Assembly: GCA_054600435.1 (NCBI GenBank)
Contig: BAAIJX010000005.1
Span: forward strand, 620,001-684,000
Source of the DNA: Neophaeotheca triangularis
Lineage: Eukaryota
Direction: 5' to 3'
DNA: 64,000 bases
Shown here: one piece after another, positions 31,833-44,300 of the stretch
Layout of the letters: each line of letters begins with the position of its first letter
How positions within the stretch are numbered: position 1 is the stretch's first letter
Position numbers and translations under genes: made by a program
The notes under the pieces: generated by a model
What the model saw: only the letters and a program-made list of their open reading frames with translations
Databases searched by the model: none
What the model was told of the DNA's origin: nothing

Positions 31833-32897
31833 ATGGACGTCCTCAAGAGAGACTATCCCTGGACTTCATCGCCTCTTGTCAGCGTCGCCCCAATGCGGCT
31901 GATAAGCCTGTCGAACCTTGCCACGGAAGTCTCCAGCGCGGGCGGTCTAGGATTCATAGGCGCCGGCAGCGATGTTTCGAGTCTCGCACAATACTTCGAA
32001 GAGGCCCGCGAGCAAATATCCTCGCATGCTACCCTTAAAGACGTGAAGCACATCCTCCCAGTAGGCGTCGGCTTCCTCCTCTGGGCCGGCGACGCCCTTC
32101 TCGCCTCTGCTCTACCACTGATTGAGAAGTACAAGCCTGCAGCGGTCTGGCTTTTTGCTCCACGTGATCCGGAACAGCTTGTCCGCTGGACGAATGAGAC
32201 ACGCCGTGTGACCGACGGTGCGACGAAAATTTGGATTCAGGTGGGCACTGTGGCTGGCGCTATCGAAGCTCTAGAGAATTGTAGGCCTGATGTGCTGGTC
32301 GTTCAAGGCAATGACGCCGGTGGTCATGGCCTGGAGAAATGCGCTGGATTAGTCTCGTTGGTGCCGGAAGTGGAAGATGCTGTCGCGGAAGTTTGTAGGT
32401 CAAAGTCCATCGATCGGCCGGTTTTGATTGCTGCAGGTGGTATCATGGACGGTAGAGGCACGGCCGCGGCGCTTACCCTAGGGGCCTCGGGTGTGGTCAT
32501 GGGAACGAGGTATCTAGCCTCGCCGGAGGCGAATGTGGCGAAAGGATATCGAAAGGCTGTGTTGGATGCAAAGGATGGAGGAGTGAACACGGCAAGGGGC
32601 AAGCTTTATGACCAGCTCAGAGGCACGACAGACTGGCCCGGAGAGTATGGAGGCAGAAGTGTGCTAAACGAGAGTTGGTATGATGCGGGACGGGGAATGG
32701 GCTTTGACGAGAACAAGCGTCTGTACGACGAGGCAATGCAACAAGGAGACGAAGGATGGGGTCAAAACGCCAGATTGACTACCTATGCTGGGACCGGAGT
32801 CGGGTTGGTCAAGAACTTGCAAGATGCTGCTACTATCACCAAAGAGGTCAGGGAGGATGCCGTTCGTCATTTGAAGCGAACAACAGAGCTCCTTTAG
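31833..32897 (+). CDS. Nitronate monooxygenase / 2-nitropropane dioxygenase family flavoprotein
   Basis: Motifs APMR, AGGLGFIGAG, VVQGNDAGGHG, AAGGIMDGRG..LGASGVVMGTRY and YAGTGVGLV. Confidence 0.9.
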   Translation: MDVLKRDYPWTSSPLVSVAPMRLISLSNLATEVSSAGGLGFIGAGSDVSSLAQYFEEAREQISSHATLKDVKHILPVGVGFLLWAGDALLASALPLIEKYKPAAVWLFAPRDPEQLVRWTNETRRVTDGATKIWIQVGTVAGAIEALENCRPDVLVVQGNDAGGHGLEKCAGLVSLVPEVEDAVAEVCRSKSIDRPVLIAAGGIMDGRGTAAALTLGASGVVMGTRYLASPEANVAKGYRKAVLDAKDGGVNTARGKLYDQLRGTTDWPGEYGGRSVLNESWYDAGRGMGFDENKRLYDEAMQQGDEGWGQNARLTTYAGTGVGLVKNLQDAATITKEVREDAVRHLKRTTELL

Positions 32898-33526
32898 AGC
32901 ATTCACGATAATTTCTTTCAGGACTGAGGATTGTGTTTGCGGCAGGTTGGGCATTGATGTCGAGACAGCAGATCGAGGCCGGTTGGAAGTGGGGGGTTCC
33001 GATGCTTGGAAGTGGTCTTGAACTGCGCATGGAGTCGACTAGAAGATCACGTTTACTAATACAAGCCACACCAAGACGACGCAGCGGAACTCTTGAGTTC
33101 ACAACGTGCTCGTCACTCAAGTTTGGATAGTATTCAGGATTCAATCCTGATATTGTCTTCACAAGGGCCATAGGGGCGATCATCCAATTGGAGCTCGAGA
33201 ATACCCAGGTAGCCGCTCCAAGACCATAAAAAGCGCCAAGAGCCAACGCCTCTCACCTTCTATCGAATACTTTAATGCACTTCACATTCTTCATCTGATC
33301 GGAAATTCCCAGTGTCTATAACTTCAGCATTCCGTGCGCGACTTTTCCAATCGACTGTCTGATACAGCCTCATATTCCCAAGGTTATATGCTCCACAGAA
33401 GCAAACAAGCACCTCAAGGTGAACTTGACAAGAGAAAGCCGGTTGACAAGGGAAAGCCGGTAGGTACACTAGCACTGGCTATTGGAGAAGCATTTGCATC
33501 AGACTCATCGATGCATGCGCCACAAC

Positions 33527-34495
33527 CTACGTCCATCTCTCGTAATCGGGGAAGTACCGTTCATGAATCCTGGAAGCGTAATCCAGCACCGAGGGCAGCC
33601 CACGCACAATCTCCGCGGTAGCAGGACCACTATGAAGGGCACGTCAGATATCGTCCGTCACGAATACCAGCAAATATTCTTGCTCGTGACATTCCTCCTA
33701 GGGACTCACCTTTCTGCAACGAGTGATGAAACAATAAACCCAAACAACGCCGCATCGGCATCCGTTGGTTGCTTACCACCCAGACACCATACCGGCTCAT
33801 CCCTAGCCACAGTCGACTCGGCAAATCTCTGTTTCAGCATCTCCTCCAGCGACTCCCAAATCTCTTTCGAAAAAGCCCGGCGCTCTTCATCAGAATGCCG
33901 GCCTGTGCCCTGTCCATACAACGTTGACACCATACTGCGATAAATCACCAGTCCCACAACCACCTTAACCGGATATGGTAACCGCCAGAGCACCTGATCG
34001 CGCTGGGTGTAGTAATTTTCGATCCAGCGTTCGTACAGCTAAAACCCACCAGCATCGCGTCAGCTTCAAATCACTTCAAGCTCCCAAAACCCAAGAACCA
34101 AGCCAGGAAGCAGCGGACAGCTTGCTCACACTCAAAAAATACAGCCGCTCCTCCAACAACGCCACCAACCCCTTTACCCCCGCCCTCTCCACCCCCGTCA
34201 ATCCCTCATGAACTCTCGGCAGCAAGCCCCTCCCCTCTAGTTCGCGAACAATCTGCGCCGAGTCCGGAACCTGCTCGGCCCCGCCACCACCACCAGACCC
34301 CTCGGATGAAATTTCAAGATACGGGATCTTCCCCTTGGGAGCCTCACGTGGCCCTCCCGCTCCAGTCTCATAAGCGACACCCGCGTGCCGTAGCCGGAAC
34401 TCGACTTTGGTCACGAAAGCGGACCAGACGTAGACTTTGGCGGGGGGAAAGCCACGGTGCAGGGTCAAGCCTGGTGCTGGGGTCGGAGAGGGCAT
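33527..34495 (-). CDS. Glutathione S-transferase-like protein (FAX/metaxin-like), 3 exons
   Basis: VWSAFVTKVEFRLR..APKGKIPYLE..DSAQI, then LLEERLYF|YERW, PTDADAALFGFI, and a final exon GPATAEIVRGLPSVLDYASRIHERYFPDYERWT*. Confidence 0.85.
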
Positions 34496-35089
34496 AGCGG
34501 GCTGTGATTGTTCGAGCGAGGTGGGGGTTTTCTGCTTGCGAAAGGAGTCGGTTTCTTTCTGGATCGGAGGGGATGGGTGGGTTGTTGCGGGACTGAATTG
34601 GATTGAATTGGATTGGATTGGACTGTTGGGTGTAGTTGTTGTCGTTGTTATTGTTGTTGGTGAGGGTTAGAGTTTGAGGTTTATCGAGCGGAGTCACTTT
34701 TATTTTGAAGCGTTGCGCACCTAGATACCCCCTTTTTGCTTCATATGCAACTATTGATGCTATACAAGCGACACTTGAATCCCCTTCACGAGATCGAGAC
34801 ATGCGTTACCATGTGTCAATAATCTCCCAAGGCGCTCACCTACCTTAATTATATACCCAGCGTCGTTGGTGGGCCTGATGTCAGCGGGGTTTTGAGACGG
34901 ATTCCCCAACGCTCCGGGGTGTCCGGGGTATCTGGGGATCCAGTGCGAGATTCCAGTAGGTACCTTACCTGGTACTAGGTAGCCTACGGTAGGCTCCCTT
35001 CACTGAAAATCCATAATAGCAATGCCGGTGCAACCACCGCCTACCTAGGTACTTATCAGTCGGTAATGGCGTGCGAAAGGGGGGGCAAC

Positions 35090-35730
35090 ATAGTGACTCA
35101 AAAAACCGGACCGGGGTTCTCCGCGCTTCGCATTTCGCTTCTATCATAATTACTTTCTCGTATGCTCGAGAAGAACTTCGATATTTCGAGTATAACAAAA
35201 TTGCCAGAGCATCTCGATACTCCTCGAAAAGCGAGAATTCTAGGAGCAAAGGCTCTGGCCGACAATCTCGCCACCGAAGGCGTAAAGATCCCTCTTTCGA
35301 AAATTGCGACTTCTCTCGGAGAATCGAAGACTACGGTGATTCGTACGATACGATCCGAAAGCGATCGACGACGATTTGAGCAACGCGACGTCTACGAGAA
35401 GGAGAAGCGCTACGAGACACCGAATGAAAAAGAAACAAAAGACAATCGATGCTGGTCGGAAACGCGCCGCGAAAGAACTTGTCCCTACCGAGTCCTCTTC
35501 TCCGAAACGACGCCGTGTCGGCGACGCGGATTCCTCGAAAACAACAACTCGTGGTCCCGACCCTCGAGGTAGACGAAGTACTCGACTCGTGACACCCGAA
35601 CTCGATAGAATCGAAGCTACGGTAGAAGAGAACGGACCCGACGGACACAATCTCGATAACGAGATTCTACGATGCGAGGCGGAACTTCCGGATGTCATGG
35701 AAACACAGCGCCCAGATGAGAACGTATAGA
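35090..35730 (+). mobile_element. Degenerate Tc1/mariner-type transposase fragment (N-terminal HTH only)
   Basis: HLDTPRKARILGA..IPLSKIATSLGESKTTVIRTIRSESDRR and, in another frame, DPRGRRSTRLVTPELDRIEATVEENGPDGHNLDNEILRCEAEL resemble fungal Tc1-like transposase N-termini. Composition is skewed toward TCG/CGA. No DDE domain or TIR pair was found. Confidence 0.6.
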
Positions 35731-36054
35731 GGACTGAAGGAACGGGTATGTGAAAAAAAGACTAAGATTACCACCGCCGCGCGCTATGTACATATATTGA
35801 CAGCCCACTAGGTACTTTTATGCAAAGACTCAAGCCCAACCAAGCGAAATCCGAACCGGTTTGGAAAAGGAATGGCACATCGTCAAAGCGGTCTTAAGAC
35901 CACCTTCAGACTGTGAGCAGCATTACCACAACACCAAGAACGCAAGAAAACGAAAAACCCAATCCGAAAAGCTACCAGCCGTGTATTCCCCAAACCACCT
36001 ACACCACCTCCCCTGCCCAATCCCATCGCCTCCACATTCACGACCCCTTTGAAG

Positions 36055-37533
36055 CTAAAACCCAAGCAAAGCCCTAGCCCCTATCTCACTACACACATAA
36101 ACCGTCTCATGCGAATCGGTAAACCCATTAAACCTGGTAGCCGAGCACTTGGTGTAAGCGCCCATCTCCTCAAAATATAGCCAATCGCCCACATCGACAG
36201 TGTCCAGACTCCTCCAGTCCTCGGAAATGCAGTCGATGCCGTCGCACGTGGGGCCCCAGATGGAGTAGGCGATGCTGCGGCTAGAGGCGCGAGAGGAGGC
36301 GTTGTCGGCGTTGTCGGCGTTGTCGGAGTTGGGGATGGGTGAGGAGGATGATGAGGACGACTCGTCGTAGGAGTTGTAGCCGCTGTCGACGAGCGAGGCC
36401 GAAGAGTAATTGTAGCCGTCGCGTTTGCGGGCCGTGCGGAGGACTTGCGGGATTGGGTGTTGGTGGTCAAACATGATGGAGCTGAAGTTGCCGTAGACGC
36501 CGTCGTTGAGGTAAAGCATGTAGTTTTTGACACCGGAAGCGCGATCTTCGACGGTGCGGCGCGCGATGACGTTGGCCGCGATGGTGAAGGCTGACGACGT
36601 GTAGTAGCGGCCTGGTTCCGCGATGATGCGGATGTGAGGGGGGAAGTGCTCGTCGAGGGCGGTGCGGAGGACGGCTGCCATGTCTTCGAAAGTCTCCGAT
36701 ACGAAGCCGCCGCCTACGTCCAGGGTATGGGGGTGGAAGCCTAGGGCGGCGGCTTGGTCAAAGACGAGGCGAGCGTCGCTGACGGCTTTGAGGAAAGCAC
36801 TTGGGTCCGAGGCGCCGGAGCCGACATGGAAAGCCACGCCTGCAACGTTGAGGTCAAGCTCTTTGGCTAGAGTCAGGAGCTCAACGGTGTTATCCATGCT
36901 GGCGCCAAACTTCTGGCTCAACCGACAGAGACTGGCCGAGTCGTCGGTCAAGATGCGTAGGTAGAGCTCGGCCGAGGGAGCAATCTCCTTGATCTTGTAA
37001 AGCTCGTCGGTATTGTCAAAAGTCATCTGCCTGACGTCCTGCTTGGCGGTGTAGCGCAGGTAGCTCTTGGTCTTGCACGGCTGGGCGTAGATGATGCGCG
37101 AAGGGTCAACACCCGTCTTCAGAACCTGTTCAATCTCGCTCTTACTCGCGCAGTCGAATCCAGCGCCCAGCGCGGCCAGCAACTTGACCACCATCAGGTC
37201 GGGGTTGCACTTGACGGCGTAGTGTGGCTGCACACGCCTGAGGTGCTTCTTCCACCTCATGTGCTGGCGGTAGACATCGCCCAAATCAGCCACGAAAAAG
37301 GCATCCTCCTCTCCCGGCTCGCAGTCATCCGGGTCCACGCCCTCAATCTTCTTCTGCAGCGCAGCTCCAATCATCTCTTTCGCGACCTTTTCTCCATCGC
37401 GGTCACTGTCAACAGCGGCAGACCCGCCATATTCGCCGTCGAGCTGATGCTGTTCGTAATGATTCGTCTTCAAAGACAAATGATCATCGTAATCTTTGGT
37501 AAAAGGCTCGATAGCGCAAGGTGCCATAACCAT
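36055..37533 (-). CDS. SPE1: Ornithine decarboxylase
   Basis: Motifs DAFFVADLG, PHYAVKCNPD (PLP lysine), GFDCASKSEI, FHVGSG, LDVGGGF, EPGRY and WGPTCDG. Confidence 0.97.
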   Translation of the reverse strand: MVMAPCAIEPFTKDYDDHLSLKTNHYEQHQLDGEYGGSAAVDSDRDGEKVAKEMIGAALQKKIEGVDPDDCEPGEEDAFFVADLGDVYRQHMRWKKHLRRVQPHYAVKCNPDLMVVKLLAALGAGFDCASKSEIEQVLKTGVDPSRIIYAQPCKTKSYLRYTAKQDVRQMTFDNTDELYKIKEIAPSAELYLRILTDDSASLCRLSQKFGASMDNTVELLTLAKELDLNVAGVAFHVGSGASDPSAFLKAVSDARLVFDQAAALGFHPHTLDVGGGFVSETFEDMAAVLRTALDEHFPPHIRIIAEPGRYYTSSAFTIAANVIARRTVEDRASGVKNYMLYLNDGVYGNFSSIMFDHQHPIPQVLRTARKRDGYNYSSASLVDSGYNSYDESSSSSSSPIPNSDNADNADNASSRASSRSIAYSIWGPTCDGIDCISEDWRSLDTVDVGDWLYFEEMGAYTKCSATRFNGFTDSHETVYVCSEIGARALLGF

Positions 37534-37631
37534 CCGGGCTGATGGATCGAGGTGTTGGGTGGATGTGTTTTTGGTCGGAAAAGTGAAAAAGATATCGGTT
37601 TAGTTAGTCCTTTGATCTGCAAGAGCAGACG

Positions 37632-37916
37632 TTAGGGAGGCTTGAAAGGCGCAAAGCCCAAAGCTACAAGTCCTTGAGCGCGAAGCCGAGAATCCTCCCC
37701 GATCAAGGGAAGACGCTCAGAGTGACTCTTATGCGGCAGCTGAGGAGGAGGAGCGGTTTCCGGGTGGTTTGGTTGCGACTCGAGCAAACCGAAGGGGTCG
37801 TCCTGGAGAGCCACGAGAAGCTCAGGCGGTGTGACAGGCGTGGGAGATGGCTGGAGGGGGGATCGAGTTGTTGATGTCCCGGTGGGCTCGCGTGAAGGCA
37901 ATTTGGTTGATGACAC
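37632..37916 (-). promoter_or_regulatory. Candidate non-AUG regulatory uORF (uCC-type) in the ODC leader, ending FKPP-stop
   Basis: There is no ATG on the minus strand from 37534 to 38287. The ORF has near-cognate starts (GTG, TTG) and ends ..LGFAPFKPP* 98 nt before the ODC ATG. Confidence 0.6.
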
Positions 37917-38491
37917 GTTCTAAGGCCTGGGAGGCCGTGGTGACGTTGCTGCCTTGTTAAGACCCAAGGCTGATCTTAGGGTTGAGTGTGGAAGTCCACG
38001 GTGTCCACGGTGATGGCTGTGTAGCGGGTGATGTCGCCGTTGACAGTAGGGCAAAGATGTTTTGTGAAGATTGTAGACGTCGGTGGTGATGGGAAGAATG
38101 AAAGAACAGTAGGTAGTAAGTTAGGTGGGAGATGGTAGGAGTAGTACTAGTAGCCCGTGTTTGTAGTGAAAGTGCGGGATTTTCTCAACTTCGTCACTGC
38201 TGGGCGCTGTCTGGGGGCTTGGCTTCACGGTTCCGTGGAGAGTCGAACGCTTTGGCGGTGTTTTTCGCCACGTTCCTTGCAGGCCTGCATATAACCGAAT
38301 CACCGAATGCTAATGCTTACTCGGTACTTCATTATTTCCGCACGACTACTCCACCAGATCTCATAAGAACCCAACACTGATCGTAAAGTGTAGACAATCC
38401 TATGGTGTCTAGTTACCTAACCCGTTCCCCGACTATTCAAAACTGGGCAAAGAGACGACACCGCATTAGCCGTCCACGTCTCAGCATCGAC

Positions 38492-40670
38492 CTAGCCACG
38501 TCTACTCGGCGTGGGAAAAACACCCACAGCGCGTCTACGAATAGGCCCTCCACGCTCATAGAATCTGTCGTCATATCCCTCCTGATTTCCCATACCATAG
38601 ACGCTGACGCCGCCTCCATGTTCACCATGACGATCCAAGGTGTTAGAAAAGTGACTACCCAGATCGCGCTCACCCTGACGTCGACCAAAGTATTGCATTC
38701 GGCGTTGCGGTAGCATGGTGTTTCGGGAGCGGTCGTTGATGCTCGCTGGAGTGTTGTCGAGGTGAAAAGGATGGGTAAGTTGAGCTCGCAAGGCTTGCTG
38801 GTAGTTGGCGGGGTTCATGGGAGGAGAGGTATCGCGGCGGTAGCGGTTGCTGTGGGTATTTTGGGAAGTCAAGCGGAAAGAGGGCGCGGGCGCAGGGTTT
38901 CGGGAATTGGTAGGCGTCTGGGCTCTTCTGTGAAAGTCGACTTTTGTCAACGGGTTGTGCTTTTGGTTTTGGATCGGCTAGCTAACTAGCAAGAAGGACG
39001 ATGTTTGCTCACCCGGCAGTGCTGGAGCTGTCGTAGTCGTGCTCTTCTCCCTGCCAGTAAGAAGACGTGGTGGGTTCGTTGAAGGTATCTCTTCCTTCCT
39101 CCCCAGAGCTGCCCTCTTCGTCTTCGCTGGCATCGGAGAACTGGGCCTCGTTGTCATAGCCGTAGTTGAAGTCGTAGTCTTGCCCAACGCCTTCGCTCTC
39201 TGGCTCACTCGATGGGTAGGCGTTGGGAGTTCCGTATCTGTCCGCTCGTGACGTGTCGTCGTAGTGATTCTCATACGCCTGGAAACCACTGATACCGTCC
39301 TCACCATCGCCCTCGCCCTCGCTTTCCTCGTCATCGTCCTCGTCGTCGTCCTCGGAAGATTCATCCTCGTCGCTGGCCGGGGCGGTTGGCCGTACTCTAG
39401 GGCGGTTGATGACATTGCGCTTGCGACCAAAAACACCACGAGCCGCCGGCTCCTCTCCGCCACTAACAGAATCCTCACGGGCGCCTTCGCGGGCAGTATC
39501 GTCGTCATCCTCATCCTCGTCCTCATCCTCATCATCATCATCAACAACGATAGGGGCGCCACGTCTGTGGTTCGCCGCACGCCAATCCGACCGCGGCGCC
39601 ACGACAGCATCCGACTCCGAACCATCGTCGTCCGACCTCTCGGTGCGTCCAAAGTAAGACCGACCGGTTTCCTCATCGTCGCCAACAATAAAGCCATCAA
39701 GATTCGTGTCGTCCTCCTCATCCTCGTCGTCGTCGTCTTCCTCACTCGAAACGCCATCACTCAAATCGTGGCGCCGCCTATTCACCCAAGGCCGTCCACC
39801 CCCGAAAAGCTCGTCAGCCACTCTCTCCATATCGTCCGGCCGCCTCTGATCCTCATTGAAATCAATCTCATCCTCCGGATACCCGCCCCAAATAACGCCA
39901 TGCTCATCCCCGCGATCCTCGTCCTCCAGCTCATCGTCCAACTCACTGTCACTCGAAATCCCCTCGCCGTCCGAATACCCAAAATCGCTCATGTAGTCGT
40001 CTCCAACAGGAACACCGCAGTGCTCGCAAAACCCGTCCTCGACCTCGTGAAGACAAGCCGGACATCTCATAACATGATCCGAAGCGTCGTGAATCGGCAT
40101 GAGGTGCCTGTTAGTGCCCTGCTTGAAACGTCCCTTGAACAGCCCGCCAGTGCGCGGGTGCATGTCGGCCTTGTCGTTGGCAACAATGTCCGCTTCCTCC
40201 TTCGCCCACTTCTCGTGCTCCTCTTTCGTCTCCCCGTCCGGCAGCAGCTCGTGGCGGTTGAGGAAGATCATTGTCATTTCGCGAATGAGGTATGAGGGCA
40301 CCGGCTGCTGGGAGACGTTGCTGCGGCAGTCCGGGCACGTCATTTTGTGGTTTTGGACCAGCCAATTAGATAAGCAGCTGTAGCAGTAGGTGTGTCCACA
40401 CGCCAGGCCGTAGGGTTCGTAAAGTAGGCGATCGCAGATCTTGCAAGTGATGAGGTGGCGCATGGTTACGACATCGTTGGAGAGGGTAGTAAGGGCGGTC
40501 TCGTGGTGGCAAGGTTCGGATTTTGCGGTGGTGTTGGTGGCCATGTTGTCGTTTGGTGCGTCTGTGGGAAGGTAGGAATCGGCTGGCATTGGCGCTGAAG
40601 TGCTGAGGTGCTGCGGCGCGGTGTCGGAAGAATGCCTGGCCCTCTTGCGCGACCCGCCCTCACCGTCCAT
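38492..40670 (-). CDS. C3HC4 RING E3 ligase with long acidic tract (Psh1-like)
   Basis: CKICDRLLYEPYGLACGHTYCYSCLSNW..CPDCR, a second CxxC..CxxC, and a D/E-rich tail. A probable final intron (GTGAGC at ~39012 to TTTCACAG at ~38928) adds the ORF ending at 38492. Confidence 0.78.
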
Positions 40671-41339
40671 GGCTGGAGGTGATATCGCGCGTTTGGGTGC
40701 CACTTTGTCGAGAGTCGTGGGGTTTGCACGTGTTGTGTAGTTGAATTGCGCGGCTAACGTTGGTGGAGGATCCGCGAAAGGAAGTGACCAGCAGAGACTG
40801 AGTAGACAGCGGGTAGGGGGTAATTCGGTGGGAAGAGCTATGGCGAAGAGTGAAGGAGTAGTCGGAGGTTGGTAGTTCACTTCAAGTCGGGAAAAGATAA
40901 GGTCAACAACTTGAGGCAAGGTAGGTACGTAGAGTCAGTCGGGTGGATGCCACAAATTATAGAGGCCCGTGCGCAACCTTTGGGCAGCCACTTCTCGCTA
41001 TCGTCTCCTTTCCTTTCTCTACTAGATAAAGTTATGCGATTCAAAGTGGCATAGGAATGGCTATGCAATGTAACGTCAAGTCGAGCGCAGACGTCACCCG
41101 GGCATAAAGTCGAAGAATGGAAAGAATGCGCGCTTGTAACTGAATAGCAAATGCCTTGCGATAGTCTGTCCCTCCGTATTCTGTGCAATATATCCAAACC
41201 CGCTGGGCCAAGCAAAGTCGAAAAAATGCTTCGCCAAAACGTCGACTGAAAGAAACAAAGACCGGATTTCCTAACCACCCTTTTCCCTCTTGCCCAACCA
41301 AACGAACGCTTTCCTCCCCGGGCCCTTCGCAGATCCCAC

Positions 41340-44300
41340 TCACCTCCCATACTCCAGACTCGGAATGACCACCGGCCCATACTTGAGCGGCTGCCCAAAA
41401 CTCCCCTCATTCTGCACCATAAAATCAGCCGCCAAACTTAACCTCCCCGCGCCCTTAGCGCCAGGGGTCACGGTCCCGAAACTGCCCTGCACGATATCCG
41501 GATCATAGATAACACAGGCCAAGTAATTCCTTCTAGCCATCAACCTCCTCATCTCCCGTTGCCGGCCATCGACGTCCGCGGCGAAAATCTCCATCATGTC
41601 TTCTTTGGTGTCTGTGGGTTGCGAAGGCGTGCTGCGGTGGCCGTTGGCGGGGATGTAGAGGGGTTTGGAGTTGTGCAGCATGCGGAGGACGTAGGAGGGC
41701 ATGGGGCCGTTGACGATGGAGGAGGTTATGAGTTGGTACATGGTTTTGTGGTCAGAAGGGTGCGAGGGGTCGTGGACGAGACCTGCGCCGCAAACATTGA
41801 CGCTGCCCGAGAGGAAGGTCATGCGCAGTGATTTGTTGTGCGAGATGCCCTGCAGGGTGCGGATAATATAGGTGCGTTCGAGGTCCTGATTGAAGAGTCA
41901 GTATGAGGGATCGGGACTTTTAATCTTGGGACGGTGATGTCTCACCTTCGACTCGTGCGTCCACATGTCGCGCAGCTCGTCGAGTACTTCGACTTCGCCG
42001 AAAGGACTCAATACACCCTGCATCAGCCCACTCTTACCAACCGCCTTCTTTACGCCGTCGAAACCAGAGTTTACCACACCTTTTGCACCTACTATACCCG
42101 CAACACCGCCCGCGACCTTGCCGAGCATGTTGAAACCCCCCGTGACGGCTTTTTTACCCGTAGCAACTGTGCTGGCGACATGCTCCACGGCCTCTAACCG
42201 CGGGTAAATGACAGGCACGGGGAAGATCCACATGCAATGCTGCACACTCGGCGGCAAGACTGCGATTTTTGGGAAGAGGCCCTGATAAGTCGGTCCAGCC
42301 ATGACTTGGTGCGTATTGCGTTCGCCTCTGGTATCGGGGCCGACAACAACCACGCTGGGTCCCAGATACTTGACATAGTGCCAACCGGTCCCTGTAATGG
42401 TGAAGAGGTCAATGTCGTTGCTAACGTTGCGAAGGATCTCGTGGGTGGTGTGGTGCTGGAAGAGGAGGTACATGTCTATACCAATGCGGCCTAGGTTTTT
42501 GAAGACGTGGCTTTGCTGCATGTAGTCTGGATAGCTGCCGTAGCCATCGAAGATGTCGTGATCGTCGAGAGCACAGATATGCGGAATCTGCGCAAAAGCT
42601 TCGCGGATCGCTGGCTGGTCGAAGTGGGAGGTGTAGTAGTGGAAGTACGCGTGGGTGGCGTCTTCGTCCATCTTCGCCGTCCATTGAGCGTTCTTTCTGT
42701 TGTCTTTGCCGCTCATCTGTGTCCATTGACGTAGTGCTTGTATGTCCTTCCACAACCTGTCGGCGTATATTTGTCCCCCGAGCCCGATTTGGACGTGAAA
42801 GCCACCGCATTCTTGGTGCTTCAGCAATACGTCCTTCCACATCAGAGGGATGCCTCCGAGCCTTGTTCTTTCGTTTGCGGAGACATTCAACGCAAAGTCG
42901 TTGCCGCTGTGAGCGATGAAGCGCCAGCTTGTTTCGTGTCTGCTCGCCACTAGGAACTCGTACCGCGTGCAACCCAAATGAGACGTGATTGCATACGTCC
43001 ATTTTGCAGGGTGATCTTCCTCCATGCGTAGATCGACGTCGTAGCGATAGAAAATCCAGCGCTGATGGCTGTAAATGGGATGAGCTTTGAGTTGTCGTGG
43101 GTTCGGCGACAAATCGGTAGACTGATGGATATGTATTGTTGGAGGGTGTGCAGCATCTGATACGAGCATGATACTTCCAAGCCACAGACCTCGCTCCAGG
43201 TCCATGTTCGTATATCGCAGGTAAGGGCCGAAATAGACCCCATTCGTAGGTGCTACTTTGTACATCTCCACGCCAGCTGTGGGAGGCGGCCCGGTAAAGA
43301 TAGTTGAAGTTGGCGTGGCGGCGAGCGAATTCATGCTCATCATGCTCTCGCGTTGAGGGAAACCCGCTGTCTGCGGGACGGGTCCGAAGCTTGGAGAGGC
43401 TAGGGGCTGCTTGAAAGTCGAGCCTGTGGGCGACGTGAGTGGATTTTGGAACGTGCTGACGGGAGACATGGGCTCCTGCAAGTTCAGCGGATTTGGGCCC
43501 TTGGGAAATTCCCATTGCGTGGATTGCGTCGGTAAATGGATGTAGTAGTATTGGCCTGAATTGCTGTCAAGATGCGCTATCCAGCCCTCTGGGAGAGGCG
43601 GAGGACTTGCTGGACCAGCATCGGCTGGACCTGGCGATGCAGATTGATTTGCTTGATTCACATTGACTGGCGCCAATCCACTGGATGCTCCGTTCTGCTG
43701 AGCTGGCAGTTGTTGGTGAGGATCGATCTGTGACGGTTGCTGGGGATCATTATGGAAAGCAGGATGCTGTCTGATGTTCGGGTCTTGAGCAATGCGCGCA
43801 CCCGCGCTGGTGGTAGTTTGCGCTGGGCTCGCAGTTCCTGTATTGTACCGCCCCTTCTCGTTAGGGTATTGGGATTGCGCTGAGCCGGCCACAGGTGGAC
43901 TATACGCTGGCGGTGGCTCCTCATTCACGCTCAATCCGGCCATGCCGTTTTCCATTTGCCCACTAGGGCTTGAAGCGGATTGCGGCTGGGGAGGATAAGT
44001 AGGTTGTGTTCTCTGTTGGGAGGGCGTCCCTCTCTGGCCGGCAGCTTCTTCACTATAAGACACCGGCTCGTTGCCTTGAAATGTCACGGGTGGACCATGT
44101 GGTGCCGAATCTGGGCGCTCGGTCGGACTCCATCTGCCAGCACCGGCCGTAGGGGGCTGGGATTGACTGACTTGAACGGGGGCTCCACGCTGAGGTTGAG
44201 GCGATTCATATTGTCTCGCCTGCGGCTGGGCGTATTGTCTTGCTCGCGCTGCGGCCGCAGCACTCTGCATCTCGTTGAGCGTGTTAGTGCCGGGGATTCC

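Noticed and set aside
31833..37533. Possible nitrogen or secondary-metabolite cluster (NMO, GST-like, ODC)
   Set aside because: There is no backbone enzyme, transporter or pathway regulator, and the neighbours are unrelated housekeeping genes.
41245..41343. GTGAGT donor overlapping the stop codon of the WW/PhoD gene, suggesting a further exon
   Set aside because: The downstream frame does not look protein-like and no clear branch point is visible. It cannot be supported without cDNA.
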